Shown here: in pieces, positions 38,982-50,466 of the stretch
How positions within the stretch are numbered: position 1 is the stretch's first letter
Layout of the letters: every line of letters begins with the position of its first letter
Assembly: GCF_035561115.1 (NCBI RefSeq)
Contig: NZ_DATMYH010000035.1
Location: 208 to 64,207 of the forward strand
Reading direction: 5' to 3'
From: Brevundimonas sp.
GTDB taxonomy: Bacteria > Pseudomonadota > Alphaproteobacteria > Caulobacterales > Caulobacteraceae
Length of the DNA stretch: 64,000 nt
Program-made: the position numbers and the translations under genes
The notes under the pieces: generated by a model
Seen by the model: only the letters and a program-made list of their open reading frames with translations
Databases searched by the model: none
Told to the model about the DNA's origin: nothing

Positions 38982-40475
38982 TCACGAAGCTGTGTGCACA
39001 CCTTCGACGATGGCCCGGACGGCGGCGACCAGTTCGGCGCGCGCGACCACCCTTTGCCCCGGCCGTTCGGATTTCCACGCCTCGTTGTCGGTCACGCCGG
39101 CGGCCAGGGCGCGCCCGGCGTCGAGGTCCTTGACCGTGACCTGGCCGGCGGCGATCTCGTCGCCGCCGAGGATGACGGCGGCGGGCGCGCCGCGGCGGTC
39201 GGCGTACTTCATCTGCGCCTTCATGCCGGCCCGGCCGAGGTAGAGTTCGGCGGCGATTCCGGCGTTGCGCAGCTCTGACACGGCGTCGAGATAGTGCTGC
39301 ATGTCGGCGTCCGAGAAGACGATGACGACCACCGGGCCACGGACGGAATCCGCCGCGCCGCGCCCCGCCGCCTTCAATGCCGAGGCCAGCCGCGAGACGC
39401 CGAACGAGAAGCCGGTGGCGGGCAGGCGTTCGCCGGTGAAGCGGGCGACCAGATCATCGTACCGGCCGCCGCCGCCGATCGAGCCGAACCGCACGGCCCG
39501 GCCCCTGTCGTCGGTCGTGTCCAGCAGCAGCTCGGCCTCGAACACGGCGCCGGTGTAATACTCCAGCCCGCGCACGATGGTCGGGTCGAAGCGCACCGCG
39601 TCTTCGCTCACCCTCATCGAGACCAGGGCCCGGTCTATGGCCGCCAGTTCCTCGAGAGCCGCCTCTCCGATGGCGCCGAGGCCGCCGGCGCGCGCCACAG
39701 CCTCAAGCGTCGCCGTCCGGGACAGGGCGGCGTCGCCCGCCGAGGCGAGGAAGGCCTCGATGGTCGCCGCCACGCCGATCGGGAGATCCGCCCCCCTGGT
39801 GTAGTCGCCGGACTCATCCAGGCGGCCCTCGCCGAGAAGGGCCGACACCCCCTCCCAGCCCAGCCGGTCGAACTTGTCGATGGCGCGCAGGGCGGTGAGG
39901 CGCTGGCGCGGATCGGTGACGCCGCCGGCGTCGAACAGGCCGTCGAACAGCTTGCGGTTCGACACCCGGACCACGGCCTGGTCCGCGTCCAGCCCGGCGG
40001 CCTGCAGCCCCTCGCAGGCCATGGCGATGATCTCGGCGTCGGCCTCCGGCCGGTCGGAGCCGACCGTGTCCGCGTCGCACTGGACGAATTCGCGGAAGCG
40101 GCCCGGACCGGGCTTCTCGTTGCGCCACACGGGACCGAAGGCGTAGCGGCGGAACGGCTTGGGCAGGGTTTCCCAGCCCTGGGCCGCGAACCGGGCCAGG
40201 GGCGCGGTCAGATCGTAGCGCAGCGCCATCCACTGGTCGTCGTCGTCCTGCAGGGCGAAGACGCCCTCGTTCGGACGGTCGGCGTCGGGCAGGAATTTGC
40301 CCAGGGCGTCGGCGTATTCGAAGGCGCCGGTCTCCAGCGGCTCGAAGCCCCAGCGCTCATAGACTTCGGACACGCGCGCCACCAGGCGGCGCTCGGCGGT
40401 CAGATCCGCGCCGCGGCGGTCGGCGAACCCCCGCGGATTGCGGGCTTCGGGGCGGGACGGCGTATCGGTGCTCAT
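38982..40475 (-). CDS. hisS: Histidyl-tRNA synthetase
   Basis: PRGFAD, ALRYDLTAPLARF, WRNEKPGPGRFREFVQCDAD, RGLEYYTG, GGGRYDDL. Confidence 0.97.
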   Translation of the reverse strand: MSTDTPSRPEARNPRGFADRRGADLTAERRLVARVSEVYERWGFEPLETGAFEYADALGKFLPDADRPNEGVFALQDDDDQWMALRYDLTAPLARFAAQGWETLPKPFRRYAFGPVWRNEKPGPGRFREFVQCDADTVGSDRPEADAEIIAMACEGLQAAGLDADQAVVRVSNRKLFDGLFDAGGVTDPRQRLTALRAIDKFDRLGWEGVSALLGEGRLDESGDYTRGADLPIGVAATIEAFLASAGDAALSRTATLEAVARAGGLGAIGEAALEELAAIDRALVSMRVSEDAVRFDPTIVRGLEYYTGAVFEAELLLDTTDDRGRAVRFGSIGGGGRYDDLVARFTGERLPATGFSFGVSRLASALKAAGRGAADSVRGPVVVIVFSDADMQHYLDAVSELRNAGIAAELYLGRAGMKAQMKYADRRGAPAAVILGGDEIAAGQVTVKDLDAGRALAAGVTDNEAWKSERPGQRVVARAELVAAVRAIVEGVHTAS

Positions 40476-40539
40476 GCCGCGCCGCTTAAGCCATCGCCCG
40501 CCGGCGGGCAACGATCCCGACGAGGCTCCCGGTCAGTCC

Positions 40540-41805
40540 TCAGGCGACCGCGGTCTTCAGCAGCGGCACCATCCGGCCGTAGGTCAGGCAACGCCACACC
40601 CATTCCAGCGGACCCATGGTGAAGACCGACAGCCACAGCGGCGACCAGATCAACTGGGCGATCCACACGGCTGCGACCACGCCCCACAGCGCGCCCGGCC
40701 CCATGGTCCCGAACCAGTGCGGACCCCAGGGCATGTAGAACAGGGTCGACATGATCAGGGTCTGGGTGAGGTAGTTGGTGAAGGCCATCCGCCCGACCGG
40801 AGCCAGAACCTGCGTCAGCGGCTTCAGCCCGAACCGGGTCATCAGGATCAGGAGGCTGGCGTAGCCGAGGGTGATCAGGGGCGCGAAACTGCCTCCGACG
40901 CCGGCGAGACCGCGGGTCGGATCCTCGCCGGACGCCGCATTGGCTTCGATCCATTGATACCAGCCGAAGAAGGCCAGGTTGGCCGCGCCGATGGCCAGCA
41001 TCAACAGATAGACCCAGGTCGGCGACCGGCCGGTCAGGAAGCCGGACTTGAACAGGCCCAGGCCCAGCAGCATCAGGCTGACGGTGATCGGGATCAGGAC
41101 GAGGCTGGCGGACTGCAGGATCGCCCAGGCCTTGAGGTTCTCGATCTGCGCCGCGGGCCAGCCGGACTGGTAGGCCTGGATGACGGCCGCCAGCCCCTCG
41201 GGCGTGACCGCGAACGGATTCCCGTCGCCGCCGGCCGCCGCCGGGCCGCCTCCGCTGAACGCCGCCTCTCCCAGCATGGCGCCCGCCGACAACAGGCCGA
41301 ACAGCAGGTTGATCCCCCCGCCGATCCATATCAGCCGGCCGGCCTTCCAGGATCGCATGACCATGACGATCAGCGCGCAGTAGGCGTAGTGCAGCAGGAT
41401 GTCGCCCAGCCAGAAGGCGGCGCCGTGGATCAGGCCGAAGACCGCCAGCCAGAACAGCCGGCGGCGCAGCAACCGGCCCCGCGCCGCGTCGAACCGCTCG
41501 CCGCCGATCAGGAAGATCGAGACGCCGAACAGCATCGAGAACATCGAGCGGAATTTGTCCTGGAAGAAGACGTCGGTGGTCCAGGCGCCGAGGATGTTGG
41601 CCGGGCTGTGCGGCCAGGGTTCCGGCAGGCCCGTCGTCATCTCCAGCGCCGCGGGCCAGACGAACGACATGGCGTTGACGGCGAGGATGCCGAGGATCGC
41701 CCAGCCTCTGAGCATGTCGAGCGTGAAGATACGGTCGGCGGGCCTGACCGGTCCGAGCGTCGCGTCCGCGGCCGGCGGCGACGCCTGGATTTCGACTGCG
41801 GCCAT
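40540..41805 (-). CDS. DUF418 (YeiB) family membrane protein
   Basis: RIFTLDMLRGWAILGIL, KFRSMFSMLFG, GRMAFTNYLTQT, GPLEWVWR. Confidence 0.9.
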   Translation of the reverse strand: MAAVEIQASPPAADATLGPVRPADRIFTLDMLRGWAILGILAVNAMSFVWPAALEMTTGLPEPWPHSPANILGAWTTDVFFQDKFRSMFSMLFGVSIFLIGGERFDAARGRLLRRRLFWLAVFGLIHGAAFWLGDILLHYAYCALIVMVMRSWKAGRLIWIGGGINLLFGLLSAGAMLGEAAFSGGGPAAAGGDGNPFAVTPEGLAAVIQAYQSGWPAAQIENLKAWAILQSASLVLIPITVSLMLLGLGLFKSGFLTGRSPTWVYLLMLAIGAANLAFFGWYQWIEANAASGEDPTRGLAGVGGSFAPLITLGYASLLILMTRFGLKPLTQVLAPVGRMAFTNYLTQTLIMSTLFYMPWGPHWFGTMGPGALWGVVAAVWIAQLIWSPLWLSVFTMGPLEWVWRCLTYGRMVPLLKTAVA

Positions 41806-41873
41806 GACGTATCCCCCGAGGTTGGCCGGGCAAGCTTGGCCGAACCGTCGGCCGCGTCAAAGGGAAATCGGCG

Positions 41874-42443
41874 TCAGCCCGGACCGCGTTCGCCCATGAC
41901 GCCAAGCCGGTCGCGCACCTCGGGCTGGGGCATGAAGGCGATGAAGGCGGCGCACAGGCCGGCCCACAGCGCGTAGCTGACGCCCAGCAGCACGGCGATC
42001 GGCAGGCCGCCGACGCCATAGATCAGCAGGGTGGTCTCGGTCGCGCCCGCTGCCTGGGCGACGCCGCCGGCCTCGAACCAGCCGACGATCGACACGACAA
42101 GGGCCAGCATGGCCTGAAGGCCGGCCGCCAGCAGGCCGCCGTAGAACATGAAACGCCAGACCACGCCCAGCCGGGTCGCCGGCCGGCCGGTCCGGTCGCG
42201 TTCGCGCGCCAGAAGCCACAGCCCGCCCGGCACGGCCGCCAGACCGATGACCAGCACCAGCAGCCGCCAGTCCATCTCGAGGCTGGGCAGCCAGTTCTGC
42301 GGCGGCCAGACGACCAGGGTGATGACCAGCGGCGGCCACAGGGCTCCGGCCAGCGCCGCCAGCACGATGCGCTGCGGATCGCGGCGCCAGGAGACGCGCT
42401 GCTGGCCGGGAAAGTCTTCCGGCTTGTCCAGCGTCGGGATCAT
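41874..42443 (-). CDS. Hypothetical membrane protein (4 TM)
   Basis: Hydrophobic helices; ATGA-type overlap with hbd. Confidence 0.75.
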   Translation of the reverse strand: MIPTLDKPEDFPGQQRVSWRRDPQRIVLAALAGALWPPLVITLVVWPPQNWLPSLEMDWRLLVLVIGLAAVPGGLWLLARERDRTGRPATRLGVVWRFMFYGGLLAAGLQAMLALVVSIVGWFEAGGVAQAAGATETTLLIYGVGGLPIAVLLGVSYALWAGLCAAFIAFMPQPEVRDRLGVMGERGPG

Positions 42444-43318
42444 CGGGTCGGCGCCGGTTCGGGGCCGGAATAGTCGTAGAAGCCGCGCCCGGACTTGCGC
42501 CCCAGCCAGCCGGCCTCGACATATTTCACCAGCAGCGGGCAGGGCCGGTATTTGCTGTCGGCCAGACCGTCATAGAGGACGTTCATGATGGCCAGGACGA
42601 CGTCCAGGCCCATGAAGTCCGCCAGCTCCAGCGGCCCCATCGGATGGTTGGCCCCCAGTTTCAGCGCCTTGTCGATCGAGGCGACGTTGCCGACGCCCTC
42701 GTACAGGACATAGACCGCCTCGTTGATCATCGGCACCAGGATGCGGTTGACGATGAAGGCGGGAAAGTCCTCGGAATTGGTCGTCGTCTTGCCCAGGCTC
42801 TCGGCGAAGGCCACGGCCGCGTCATAGGTGCTGGCCGAGGTGGCGATGCCGCGGATGATCTCGACCAGCTTCATGACCGGCGCCGGCTTCATGAAATGCA
42901 GGCCGATGAAGCGCTCGGGCCGGTCGGTGGCCGAGGCCAGGCGGGTGATCGAGATCGACGAGGTGTTGGACGCCAGCAGGGTGTCCTTGCCCAGGTGCGG
43001 CGTCAGGTCGGCCAGGATGGATTTCTTGACCGCCTCGTCCTCGATCGCGGCCTCGATGACGAGGTCGGCCTTCGCCGCAGCGGCGAGGGAAGAGGCGGCG
43101 GAGATGCGCGACAGGGCGGCGTCGGCGGCGCCCTGATCGATCAGGCCGCGCGCGACCTGGCGGGCGAGGCTGGCGGCGATCGCGCCCTGCGCCTGCGGCA
43201 CGCGATCGCCGGCGGCGTCGTACAGCAGCACCTGATAGCCGCCTGCGGCCACGGCCTGGGCGATACCTGCGCCCATCTGGCCTGCGCCGACGATGGCGAC
43301 GGATCGGATCGTGGTCAT
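42440..43318 (-). CDS. hbd: 3-hydroxybutyryl-CoA dehydrogenase
   Basis: GAGQMGAGIA, ASNTSSISIT, GLHFMKP, FIVNRIL, HPMGPLELADFMGLD, GWLGRKSGRGFY. Confidence 0.93.
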   Translation of the reverse strand: MTTIRSVAIVGAGQMGAGIAQAVAAGGYQVLLYDAAGDRVPQAQGAIAASLARQVARGLIDQGAADAALSRISAASSLAAAAKADLVIEAAIEDEAVKKSILADLTPHLGKDTLLASNTSSISITRLASATDRPERFIGLHFMKPAPVMKLVEIIRGIATSASTYDAAVAFAESLGKTTTNSEDFPAFIVNRILVPMINEAVYVLYEGVGNVASIDKALKLGANHPMGPLELADFMGLDVVLAIMNVLYDGLADSKYRPCPLLVKYVEAGWLGRKSGRGFYDYSGPEPAPTR

Positions 43319-43444
43319 GAATCCCGGTTGGCTGGCGGGCGCGGGGCCCGGTCGGAGCGGCACCTTAGGACCCTCGCCGGACGGCGCAAGGCCGGAAGCG
43401 CCGGACCGTGGTGAACGGCCGACGGCGTGTCGCCGGGGTCGCGT

Positions 43445-43750
43445 TTATCCCAGCATCTGGATCAACACCGGCGCGGTCAGCCGGTTGAACAGGATGCGCA
43501 GGAAATGGATCAGCAGCAGAACCACGATCGGCGAGACATCGATGCCGCCCATCAGCGGGATGAAGCGGCGAAACGGCTCCAGGATGGGCGTCGTGATCCG
43601 GTCGAGGAAGTCCGCCAGCTGGTTCACGAACCGGTTGCGGCGGTTGATGACGTCGAAGGCGAACAGCCAGCTGATGATGGCCGACAGGATGATCGCCCAG
43701 GTCATGAGCGACAGGATCGTATTGACCAACCAGACGATGGCGTAACCCAT
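43445..43750 (-). CDS. yggT: YggT family membrane protein
   Basis: SWL..F.V, TTPILEPFRRFIP..GGIDVSPIVVLL. Confidence 0.92.
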   Translation of the reverse strand: MGYAIVWLVNTILSLMTWAIILSAIISWLFAFDVINRRNRFVNQLADFLDRITTPILEPFRRFIPLMGGIDVSPIVVLLLIHFLRILFNRLTAPVLIQMLG

Positions 43751-43900
43751 GAAGGGACTCCGGAAACAGGACAGCTCCCGCTTTTAACGTGGCCGCGTCC
43801 CACGTCCAGGGATTCCGCCATCGCGGGGCGGGCGATCTCAAGCCCGTTGACACTCCGGCCTCCGCCCTCGTATGTCGCGCCCTCGCCTGCACCCGGAAAC

Positions 43901-43976
<76 letters not shown>

Positions 43977-43994
43977 GGCACCCTCGCCGTCGAC

Positions 43995-44969
43995 ATGATC
44001 CAGTCCGCCAGTTCAGCCGCAGCGTGCTCCACCGGGCTGGTGAGGGTCGCCGCCCTGTACCGGTTCGCGGCCATCGCTGACTGCGCGCCTGTTCGCGACC
44101 GGCTGGAGCGCCTGGCCCGGCCGGACGTGCGCGGCACCCTGCTGGTCGCCCATGAAGGGCTGAACGGGACGATCGCGGGACCTGAAGCGTCCGTTGAGCG
44201 GGTGCTGGCGGGGATCCGCGCCCTGCCCGGTTTCGCCGACCTCGACGTGAAATACGCCACGGCGGAGACGATGCCCTTCCACCGCCTGAAGGTGCGGATC
44301 AAGCCCGAGATCGTCACCATGGGCCAGCCGGACCTCGACCCCGCCGTCAACGCCGGCGCCTATGTCGCCCCCGCCGACTGGAACGCCCTGATCCGCGATC
44401 CCGGCGTGATCGTGATCGACACGCGCAACGACTACGAGGCGGCCGTCGGCGCCTTCGAGGGCGCGATCCAGCCCAATACGCGGGGCTTCCGCGACTTTCC
44501 CGACTGGTTCCGCACCGAGGGCCGCGCCCTGCTGGACCGGCCGGACCCGCCGAAAGTGGCCATGTACTGCACCGGCGGCATCCGCTGCGAGAAGGCGACC
44601 GCCTTCCTCAAGGCCGAGGGCGTCCAGGACGTCTTCCATCTGGAGGGCGGGATCCTGCGCTATCTGGAGACGACGCCCGAGGCCGACAGCCTGTGGCGGG
44701 GGGAATGTTTCGTCTTCGACGAGCGGGTCGCCGTCGGCCACGGCCTGACCGCCGGCAGCCACAGCCTGTGCCGCGGCTGCCGCATGCCGGTCAGCGAGGA
44801 AGGCCGCGCGTCGGCCCGCTACATCGAAGGCGTCAGCTGCGACCGCTGCGCGGACGCCCGGACCGAGACGGACCGCGCACGGTATCTGGAACGGGCCCGC
44901 CAAGTGGAAATCGCACAACGGCGCGGGGTCGCCCACATCGGAGCGGCCCAGGCGTCGCCGAAGGACTAA
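43995..44969 (+). CDS. trhO: Rhodanese-related tRNA U34 hydroxylase (YceA/TrhO)
   Basis: [67 protein letters not shown]. Confidence 0.92.
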   Translation: MIQSASSAAACSTGLVRVAALYRFAAIADCAPVRDRLERLARPDVRGTLLVAHEGLNGTIAGPEASVERVLAGIRALPGFADLDVKYATAETMPFHRLKVRIKPEIVTMGQPDLDPAVNAGAYVAPADWNALIRDPGVIVIDTRNDYEAAVGAFEGAIQPNTRGFRDFPDWFRTEGRALLDRPDPPKVAMYCTGGIRCEKATAFLKAEGVQDVFHLEGGILRYLETTPEADSLWRGECFVFDERVAVGHGLTAGSHSLCRGCRMPVSEEGRASARYIEGVSCDRCADARTETDRARYLERARQVEIAQRRGVAHIGAAQASPKD

Positions 44970-44970
44970 G

Positions 44971-45258
44971 CTACTGGTCCTCGTCGAACTTCCGTTCGAC
45001 CAGTTCGGCCAGGGCGGCCACGGCGGCCTCGGCCTCGGCGCCCTCGCCGACGATCTCGATGCCGCAGCCGTTGCCGGCGCCCAGCATCAGCAGACCCATG
45101 ATCGACAGGGCGTTCACCGTCACCCCGTCGCGGGTGACATGGATCTCGGCGTCGAAGCTGGAGGCCAGTTTGACGAATTTGGCCGAGGCGCGGGCGTGCA
45201 GGCCGCGCGTGTTGCAGATGTTGGCGGTGGCGCTGAACGGGTCCGACATCGCCGTCAC
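44971..45258 (-). CDS. ptsH: Phosphocarrier protein HPr/NPr
   Basis: NTRGLHARASAKFV, NALSIMGLLML. Confidence 0.95.
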   Translation of the reverse strand: MTAMSDPFSATANICNTRGLHARASAKFVKLASSFDAEIHVTRDGVTVNALSIMGLLMLGAGNGCGIEIVGEGAEAEAAVAALAELVERKFDEDQ

Positions 45259-45659
45259 TTCTCGCCCTGAAGCACCCAGCTGGCGACCGAGATGTATTTG
45301 CGGCCGGCGTCCTGGGCGTGGGCCACGCAGGCCTCCAGCGGTTCACGGCCGCGCACGCTGGCCAGTTTGATCAGCATCGGCAGGTTCAGCCCCGCGATGA
45401 CCTCGGCGTGCGTCTCTTCCATCACCGAAATGGCCAGGTTGGAGGGGGTGCCGCCGAACATGTCGGTCAGCAGGATGACGCCGTCGCCGTCGTTCACGGC
45501 GTTGGCCGCGTCGACGATGTCGCGGCGACGGCGCTCCATGTCGTCCTCGGGTCCGATGCAGATGGCCGCGACCCCGCGCTGGGGCCCGACGACGTGCTCC
45601 ATGGCGGCGAGAAATTCCGAGGCCAGTCCCCCGTGGGTGACGATCACCAGCCCGATCAT
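45255..45659 (-). CDS. PTS EIIA component, mannose/fructose family
   Basis: MIGLVIVTHG, LTDMFGGTPSN, GLNLPML. Confidence 0.93.
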   Translation of the reverse strand: MIGLVIVTHGGLASEFLAAMEHVVGPQRGVAAICIGPEDDMERRRRDIVDAANAVNDGDGVILLTDMFGGTPSNLAISVMEETHAEVIAGLNLPMLIKLASVRGREPLEACVAHAQDAGRKYISVASWVLQGEK

Positions 45660-45746
45660 GACGGCATTACCAAAGCTCGCGCCCCGCGTCCGACGGCCCT
45701 CAGAGCGCGCCGCAAGCCGGGCGGAATAGCCCAACTCCGCGTCGGG

Positions 45747-46175
45747 TTAAAGCGGGCTGGTCAGCAGTGTGACCTTTTCGACCGCGGACGGCTCTAATCC
45801 GCAAAGCCGGACGAGCGGCAGGCGCACGCCCGCAATCACGGTTTCCGCGGGCTCGGGCAGGCGTTCGACCGGCCCGGTCGACAGTTCGACCGCCAGCACC
45901 AGCCGGACCAGATCGAGGGCGCAGACCGGGATCACGCCGATGCCCCGCGCCTCGATCCGGCCCGCGATCGTCCCCGGGCAGACAGCGAAAAGCGACCCGC
46001 CGGAGGCGAAGACATGGGCGTAGTCGTCGGCCACCAGCCGCCAGCCGTGGCCGATCAGGCGCAGGGCCAGGTCGCTCTTGCCGGCGCCGGAGGGGCCGGT
46101 GATCAGGACGCCGCGCCAGCCGGAGCCGGGAATCCAGCGCGCCGCGACCGTGCCATGCAGGGGCTGGTCGCTCAT
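45747..46175 (-). CDS. hprK: HPr kinase/phosphorylase (short alphaproteobacterial type)
   Basis: LHGT, GVLITGPSGAGKSDLAL, LVADD, IEARGIG. Confidence 0.92.
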   Translation of the reverse strand: MSDQPLHGTVAARWIPGSGWRGVLITGPSGAGKSDLALRLIGHGWRLVADDYAHVFASGGSLFAVCPGTIAGRIEARGIGVIPVCALDLVRLVLAVELSTGPVERLPEPAETVIAGVRLPLVRLCGLEPSAVEKVTLLTSPL

Positions 46176-47815
46176 CCGCGTCGGCCGGCGGACGCCAGCG
46201 GCAGGGCGACCTCGAAGCGCGCGCCCGTGATCGCGCCGCGCTCGTCCGTCCGGTTTCCGGCCTGGACGTGGCCGCCATGAGCCTCGACGATCTGGCGGGC
46301 GATCGAAAGGCCGAGGCCGGAGTTGGCCCCGAAGGCCGTGCCCTTGGGCCGCGAGGTGTAGAACCGCTGGAAGACGGTCTCGAGGTTCTCGGGCGGAATG
46401 CCCGGCCCGTCGTCCTCGATGCTGACCCGGGCGGGACGGTCCGGGTCCGAGGGATCGCGGGTCAGCCCGATCCGCACCAGACCGTTCGGGGGGCTGAACG
46501 AGCGGGCGTTGTCGATCAGGTTGCGGAACACCTGTCCCAACGGCCCGTCCCGCCCGACGACCAGGATGTGATCGCCGGCCGGCGCCTCGAAGGCGATCCG
46601 CGGCTCGCCGGGCTTCCGTCCCGCCTCATAGACCCCGACGATCTCGGTCAGCAGGGTGGTGAGATCCAGCGTGCGGGGCCGGTCGCGCGCCAGTTCGGCG
46701 TCGAGCCGCGAGGCGTTGGAGATGTCGGTGATCAGCCGGTCCAGCCGCCGCACGTCCTGCTGCAGCAGGGCTGTCAGCTTTTCGCGCTGGGTCTCGGTCT
46801 TGACCAGAGGCAGGGTTTCCAGCGCCGAACGGATCGAGGTCAGCGGGTTCTTGATCTCGTGCGAGACGTCGGCGGCGAACCGCTCGATGGCGTCCATCCG
46901 GTCGGACAGGGTCTGGGTCATGGTCTCAAGCGAGCGGGCCAGATCGCCGATCTCGTCCTTGCGGCCCTCCAGATCAGGCAGGGAGATGGCGCGGGCGCGC
47001 TGCAGCCGGACCTCGTCCGCCGCCGCCGACAGCCGCATCACCGGCCGGGCCACGAACAGGTGCAGCAGCAGGGACGACAGCAGGGACACGCCCAGCGCCA
47101 CCAGGGCGAAGGGCATCAGGGCGCGGCGCTGGGCGTCCAGGGTCTCGTTGACGTCTCCCGCCTCCAGCGTCAGCACGCCCAGAACCTGCCGCACATGGCG
47201 CACGGGGATGGAGACGGACACGACCCGATCCCCGCTTTCGGATCGCCGGAGGGTGGACTGGGCCTGACCGTCCAGCGCCGCCTCCACCTCCGCCGCCAGG
47301 GCGTCGCGGGCCCGCTCGAGAGCAGCTTCATTGCGGGTGTGTTCCCCCGGATCGACCATGGGCGGCGGAGTGCCCGCAGGCCGGGCCGGCGGCAGGGACC
47401 GGCCGGGAATGGCCTCCGTCACGGCGAAGCTGTCGGCTACCAGCAAGCCGTCGATATCGAACAGGCGTGCGCGTTGGCCGGAAAGTATGAAGTTGTCGCG
47501 CAGCCATCGGCTGGCCTCGATCGGATCGAGGGAAGGCGTCGGCTCTCCCTTGGTGACGCCGATCCGCTCATCCCCGAGGACACGGACCAGCAACTCGGCC
47601 TGGGCGGCCAGCGTCTCCTGACGCGCCTCGATCAGACCACGCCGCCATTCGTTCAGCGCCAGCGCGCCGACAAACAGGATCAGCAGGCTGAGCAGGTTCA
47701 GGGCCAGGATCAGGCCGCCGAGCCGCGACCCCCCGAAGCGCTTCAGCGGGCGGCGCGGTTCGTCGTCTCCCGGCGGGAGCGGATCAGCTTTCGCGATAGC
47801 GATACCCGACGCCAT
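46172..47815 (-). CDS. chvG: Sensor histidine kinase ChvG/ExoS
   Basis: Two TM segments, HAMP (RKDEIGDL), [27 protein letters not shown]. Confidence 0.93.
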   Translation of the reverse strand: MASGIAIAKADPLPPGDDEPRRPLKRFGGSRLGGLILALNLLSLLILFVGALALNEWRRGLIEARQETLAAQAELLVRVLGDERIGVTKGEPTPSLDPIEASRWLRDNFILSGQRARLFDIDGLLVADSFAVTEAIPGRSLPPARPAGTPPPMVDPGEHTRNEAALERARDALAAEVEAALDGQAQSTLRRSESGDRVVSVSIPVRHVRQVLGVLTLEAGDVNETLDAQRRALMPFALVALGVSLLSSLLLHLFVARPVMRLSAAADEVRLQRARAISLPDLEGRKDEIGDLARSLETMTQTLSDRMDAIERFAADVSHEIKNPLTSIRSALETLPLVKTETQREKLTALLQQDVRRLDRLITDISNASRLDAELARDRPRTLDLTTLLTEIVGVYEAGRKPGEPRIAFEAPAGDHILVVGRDGPLGQVFRNLIDNARSFSPPNGLVRIGLTRDPSDPDRPARVSIEDDGPGIPPENLETVFQRFYTSRPKGTAFGANSGLGLSIARQIVEAHGGHVQAGNRTDERGAITGARFEVALPLASAGRRG

Positions 47816-48488
47816 ACAGGGTCTCGATGGCGTCGAACTCGGGGTCGACCACCCGGAACTTCTTTCGCATCCGCTTGACGTGGCTGTCGATGGTGCGGTC
47901 GTCGACATAGACCTGGTCGTCGTAGGCGGCGTCCATCAGATTGTCGCGGCTCTTCACGAAGCCGGGCCGCTGGGCCAGGGCCTGCAGCAGCAGGAACTCG
48001 GTCACGGTCAGCTTGACCGGCTTGCCTTCCCAGGTGCTCTCGTGGCGCGCCGGATCCATCGACAGCTTGCCGCGCTTGATGGCCTTGGACGAATTCTCGC
48101 CCGAGGGCTCGGGCTCGCCGCCGTCCGCGCCGGTCCGGCGCAGCAGAGCCTTGACCCGCTCGATCAGCAGCCGCTGGCTGAAGGGTTTGTGGATGTAGTC
48201 GTCGGCGCCCAGGTTGAAGCCCAGGATCTCGTCGATCTCCTCATCGCGCGAGGTCAGCATGATGACCGGAATCTGCGAGGTCTGGCGCAGGCGGCGCAGC
48301 ACCTCCATCCCGTCCATGCGGGGCATCTTGACGTCCAGGATGGCCAGATCCGGCGGATTGGACTCCAGCGCCTCAAGCCCGGCGGCCCCGTCATGCCAGG
48401 CAGTGACCTTGTGGCCATGGCTTTCCAGCGCCAGCGAGACGGAGGCGACGATGTTCTCGTCGTCGTCGACCAGGGTGATGTTGGCCAA
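47784..48488 (-). CDS. chvI: Response regulator ChvI
   Basis: TTG start with AGGAG SD; [43 protein letters not shown]. Confidence 0.96.
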   Translation of the reverse strand: MANITLVDDDENIVASVSLALESHGHKVTAWHDGAAGLEALESNPPDLAILDVKMPRMDGMEVLRRLRQTSQIPVIMLTSRDEEIDEILGFNLGADDYIHKPFSQRLLIERVKALLRRTGADGGEPEPSGENSSKAIKRGKLSMDPARHESTWEGKPVKLTVTEFLLLQALAQRPGFVKSRDNLMDAAYDDQVYVDDRTIDSHVKRMRKKFRVVDPEFDAIETLYGVGYRYRES

Positions 48489-48694
48489 AGGCGGTCTCCT
48501 TGCAGACTCTTCGTTCGCAGTCTCAACGCACGGCAAGCGTTACCGTTCTAATCCATCATTGTTCAGCGCCGGTCGACCGAAAAGCCGGAAGACCGCCGCC
48601 GGGCCCACAGATGGGGCTCATCGCCACAATTCACAACGAAACCCCGCCTTAAAGCCTTGGCGCCATGATGGGCGGGAACAGTTTGAGCGTTTTG

Positions 48695-50413
48695 ATGGCC
48701 GGATCCGTCCACTACGAAGTCTACATCCGAAAGACGGCTCCCGCGCCCTGGACGCTCCAGATGGCGACGGAAGACCGCACCATCGCGATCCAGGCGGCCG
48801 AGGACATGCTGGCCGACAGCCGCGCGGCGGCCGTGCGGGTGACCAAGGAAACCCTTGATCCCGACACCATGGAATTCGCCAGTTCGACGCTGCTGACCCG
48901 CGGCGCGCCCGAGATCCGGCACAAGCGGGTCGTGCCCGAGGACCAGAGCGGCCCGCGCTGCAACGGGCCGCAGGACTTCTACACCTCCCAGGCCCGCGAG
49001 ACGATCGGCCGGGTGCTGGAGGACTGGCTGGCGCGTCAGGGCGTGACGGCGTTTGAACTTCTGCACAGGCCTGATCTGGCCGAAAAGCTGGAGGCTTCGG
49101 GCGTCGAGCTTCAGCACGCCATCCAGAAGGTGGCCGTGCCCGAGAGTCAGGCCGTGGGCCAGCCGGTCCACGATCTGGTCCGCCACTATCAGAAGCTGGC
49201 CGACAGGGCCGTTGAACGCGTCATCGCCGCCGGCCGCCGCGGCCAGTTCCCCAGCCTGGAGAATTGCTCGATCGCCGATCTGGCCCACCGCTTGGCGGGC
49301 CAGCCCGACCGGGCCTTCATCATGGGCGGCGTGGTGTCGTGCGCCCTGACCGGGATTCGGGGCGGCCGGGCGCGGCTGGACCGCCTGATGGATCTGGCCG
49401 ATCGCGCGCCCATGGATGGCCCGCCCCGCGCCATGGTGCTGGTGCCTATCGAACAGCTGCTGTGCGAGATGCTGGCGGCGCGTACAAATCTGACGGACAT
49501 CCTCGGGCCCGCGCTCGACCAGGGCGCTTCCCTGGCGGCCGTGGTGCGAATGGTCGCGCCCAACGAGATCGCGGCCCTGATCCGCCAGGACAACCGCATG
49601 GCCCTGCAGGTTCCGAACGTCGAGGGCCCGGCCGCCCGGCTCGGTGCGCGGCTGGAGGCGGGGGAGTTCCCGCTGCTGGCCGCCGCCCTCGCCAGGATGG
49701 TGCTGCGCGAGCTCATGAGCCCCCGCCGCCTGCGCCCCAACGACGCCGCAGGCGAGATCGACATCCTGCGCACCCTGGCCATGGCCCTGACGGTCACCGC
49801 CGGCCGTCTGCTGACCCTGGAAGAGGTCCAGAACGCGTTCAACGAACGTTCCAAGGCCATCGTCACGGCCGATTTCGTCGCCGCCTACGCCAAGACCTGC
49901 ACCACGGTGCTGTGCGAGGCCGAGGCCCTGACCCGGCTGTGCGAGAACGTCACCGGCACGGCCAACAAGCGCTCCGCGGCGCGCTGGCTGTCGGCCTGTG
50001 TGGGCTCGTTGCGTTTCGAGACCGAGATGCGCGCCATCGCCGTCGGCCAGACCGCGGCGCAGAAGCTGGGAATCCTCGCCACACTCCAGCGGGCCGTGCA
50101 TGGCTGCGGTCTCAACGAGCGCGACGACACCGAGATTTCAGCGGCCATCGGCACGGTCGGCGGCGCGGTCGAGAGCGAGGCGAAGATCGTGATGATGCTG
50201 GCGCGATCGCCCGCGCCCCTGCCGCAGAAGCTGTCGGTGCTTCTGCGCATGGCCGCCGGAGAGACCGCGCCGATGGGCCCGGCCGCGGATCGGGCCAAGG
50301 TCGAGGCGATCAAGCTGTTCCGCGCGCCGGAATCCCGCGCCGTCCTGTCGACCACGCCCGAGGCCCTGGCGCCGCTGAAGGGTCTGATGAAGGCGGCCGG
50401 TCTGGCCGCCTAG
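48695..50413 (+). CDS. Conserved hypothetical protein, mostly helical
   Basis: Long ORF with strong GC3 bias, divergent from chvI; no recognisable motif; start MAGSVHYEVY. Confidence 0.8.
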   Translation: MAGSVHYEVYIRKTAPAPWTLQMATEDRTIAIQAAEDMLADSRAAAVRVTKETLDPDTMEFASSTLLTRGAPEIRHKRVVPEDQSGPRCNGPQDFYTSQARETIGRVLEDWLARQGVTAFELLHRPDLAEKLEASGVELQHAIQKVAVPESQAVGQPVHDLVRHYQKLADRAVERVIAAGRRGQFPSLENCSIADLAHRLAGQPDRAFIMGGVVSCALTGIRGGRARLDRLMDLADRAPMDGPPRAMVLVPIEQLLCEMLAARTNLTDILGPALDQGASLAAVVRMVAPNEIAALIRQDNRMALQVPNVEGPAARLGARLEAGEFPLLAAALARMVLRELMSPRRLRPNDAAGEIDILRTLAMALTVTAGRLLTLEEVQNAFNERSKAIVTADFVAAYAKTCTTVLCEAEALTRLCENVTGTANKRSAARWLSACVGSLRFETEMRAIAVGQTAAQKLGILATLQRAVHGCGLNERDDTEISAAIGTVGGAVESEAKIVMMLARSPAPLPQKLSVLLRMAAGETAPMGPAADRAKVEAIKLFRAPESRAVLSTTPEALAPLKGLMKAAGLAA

Positions 50414-50466
50414 GCTCTTTTGTTGGCCGCGATCAGAAGGCTCCGCCTTCTCGACCCGGCGCGGCC

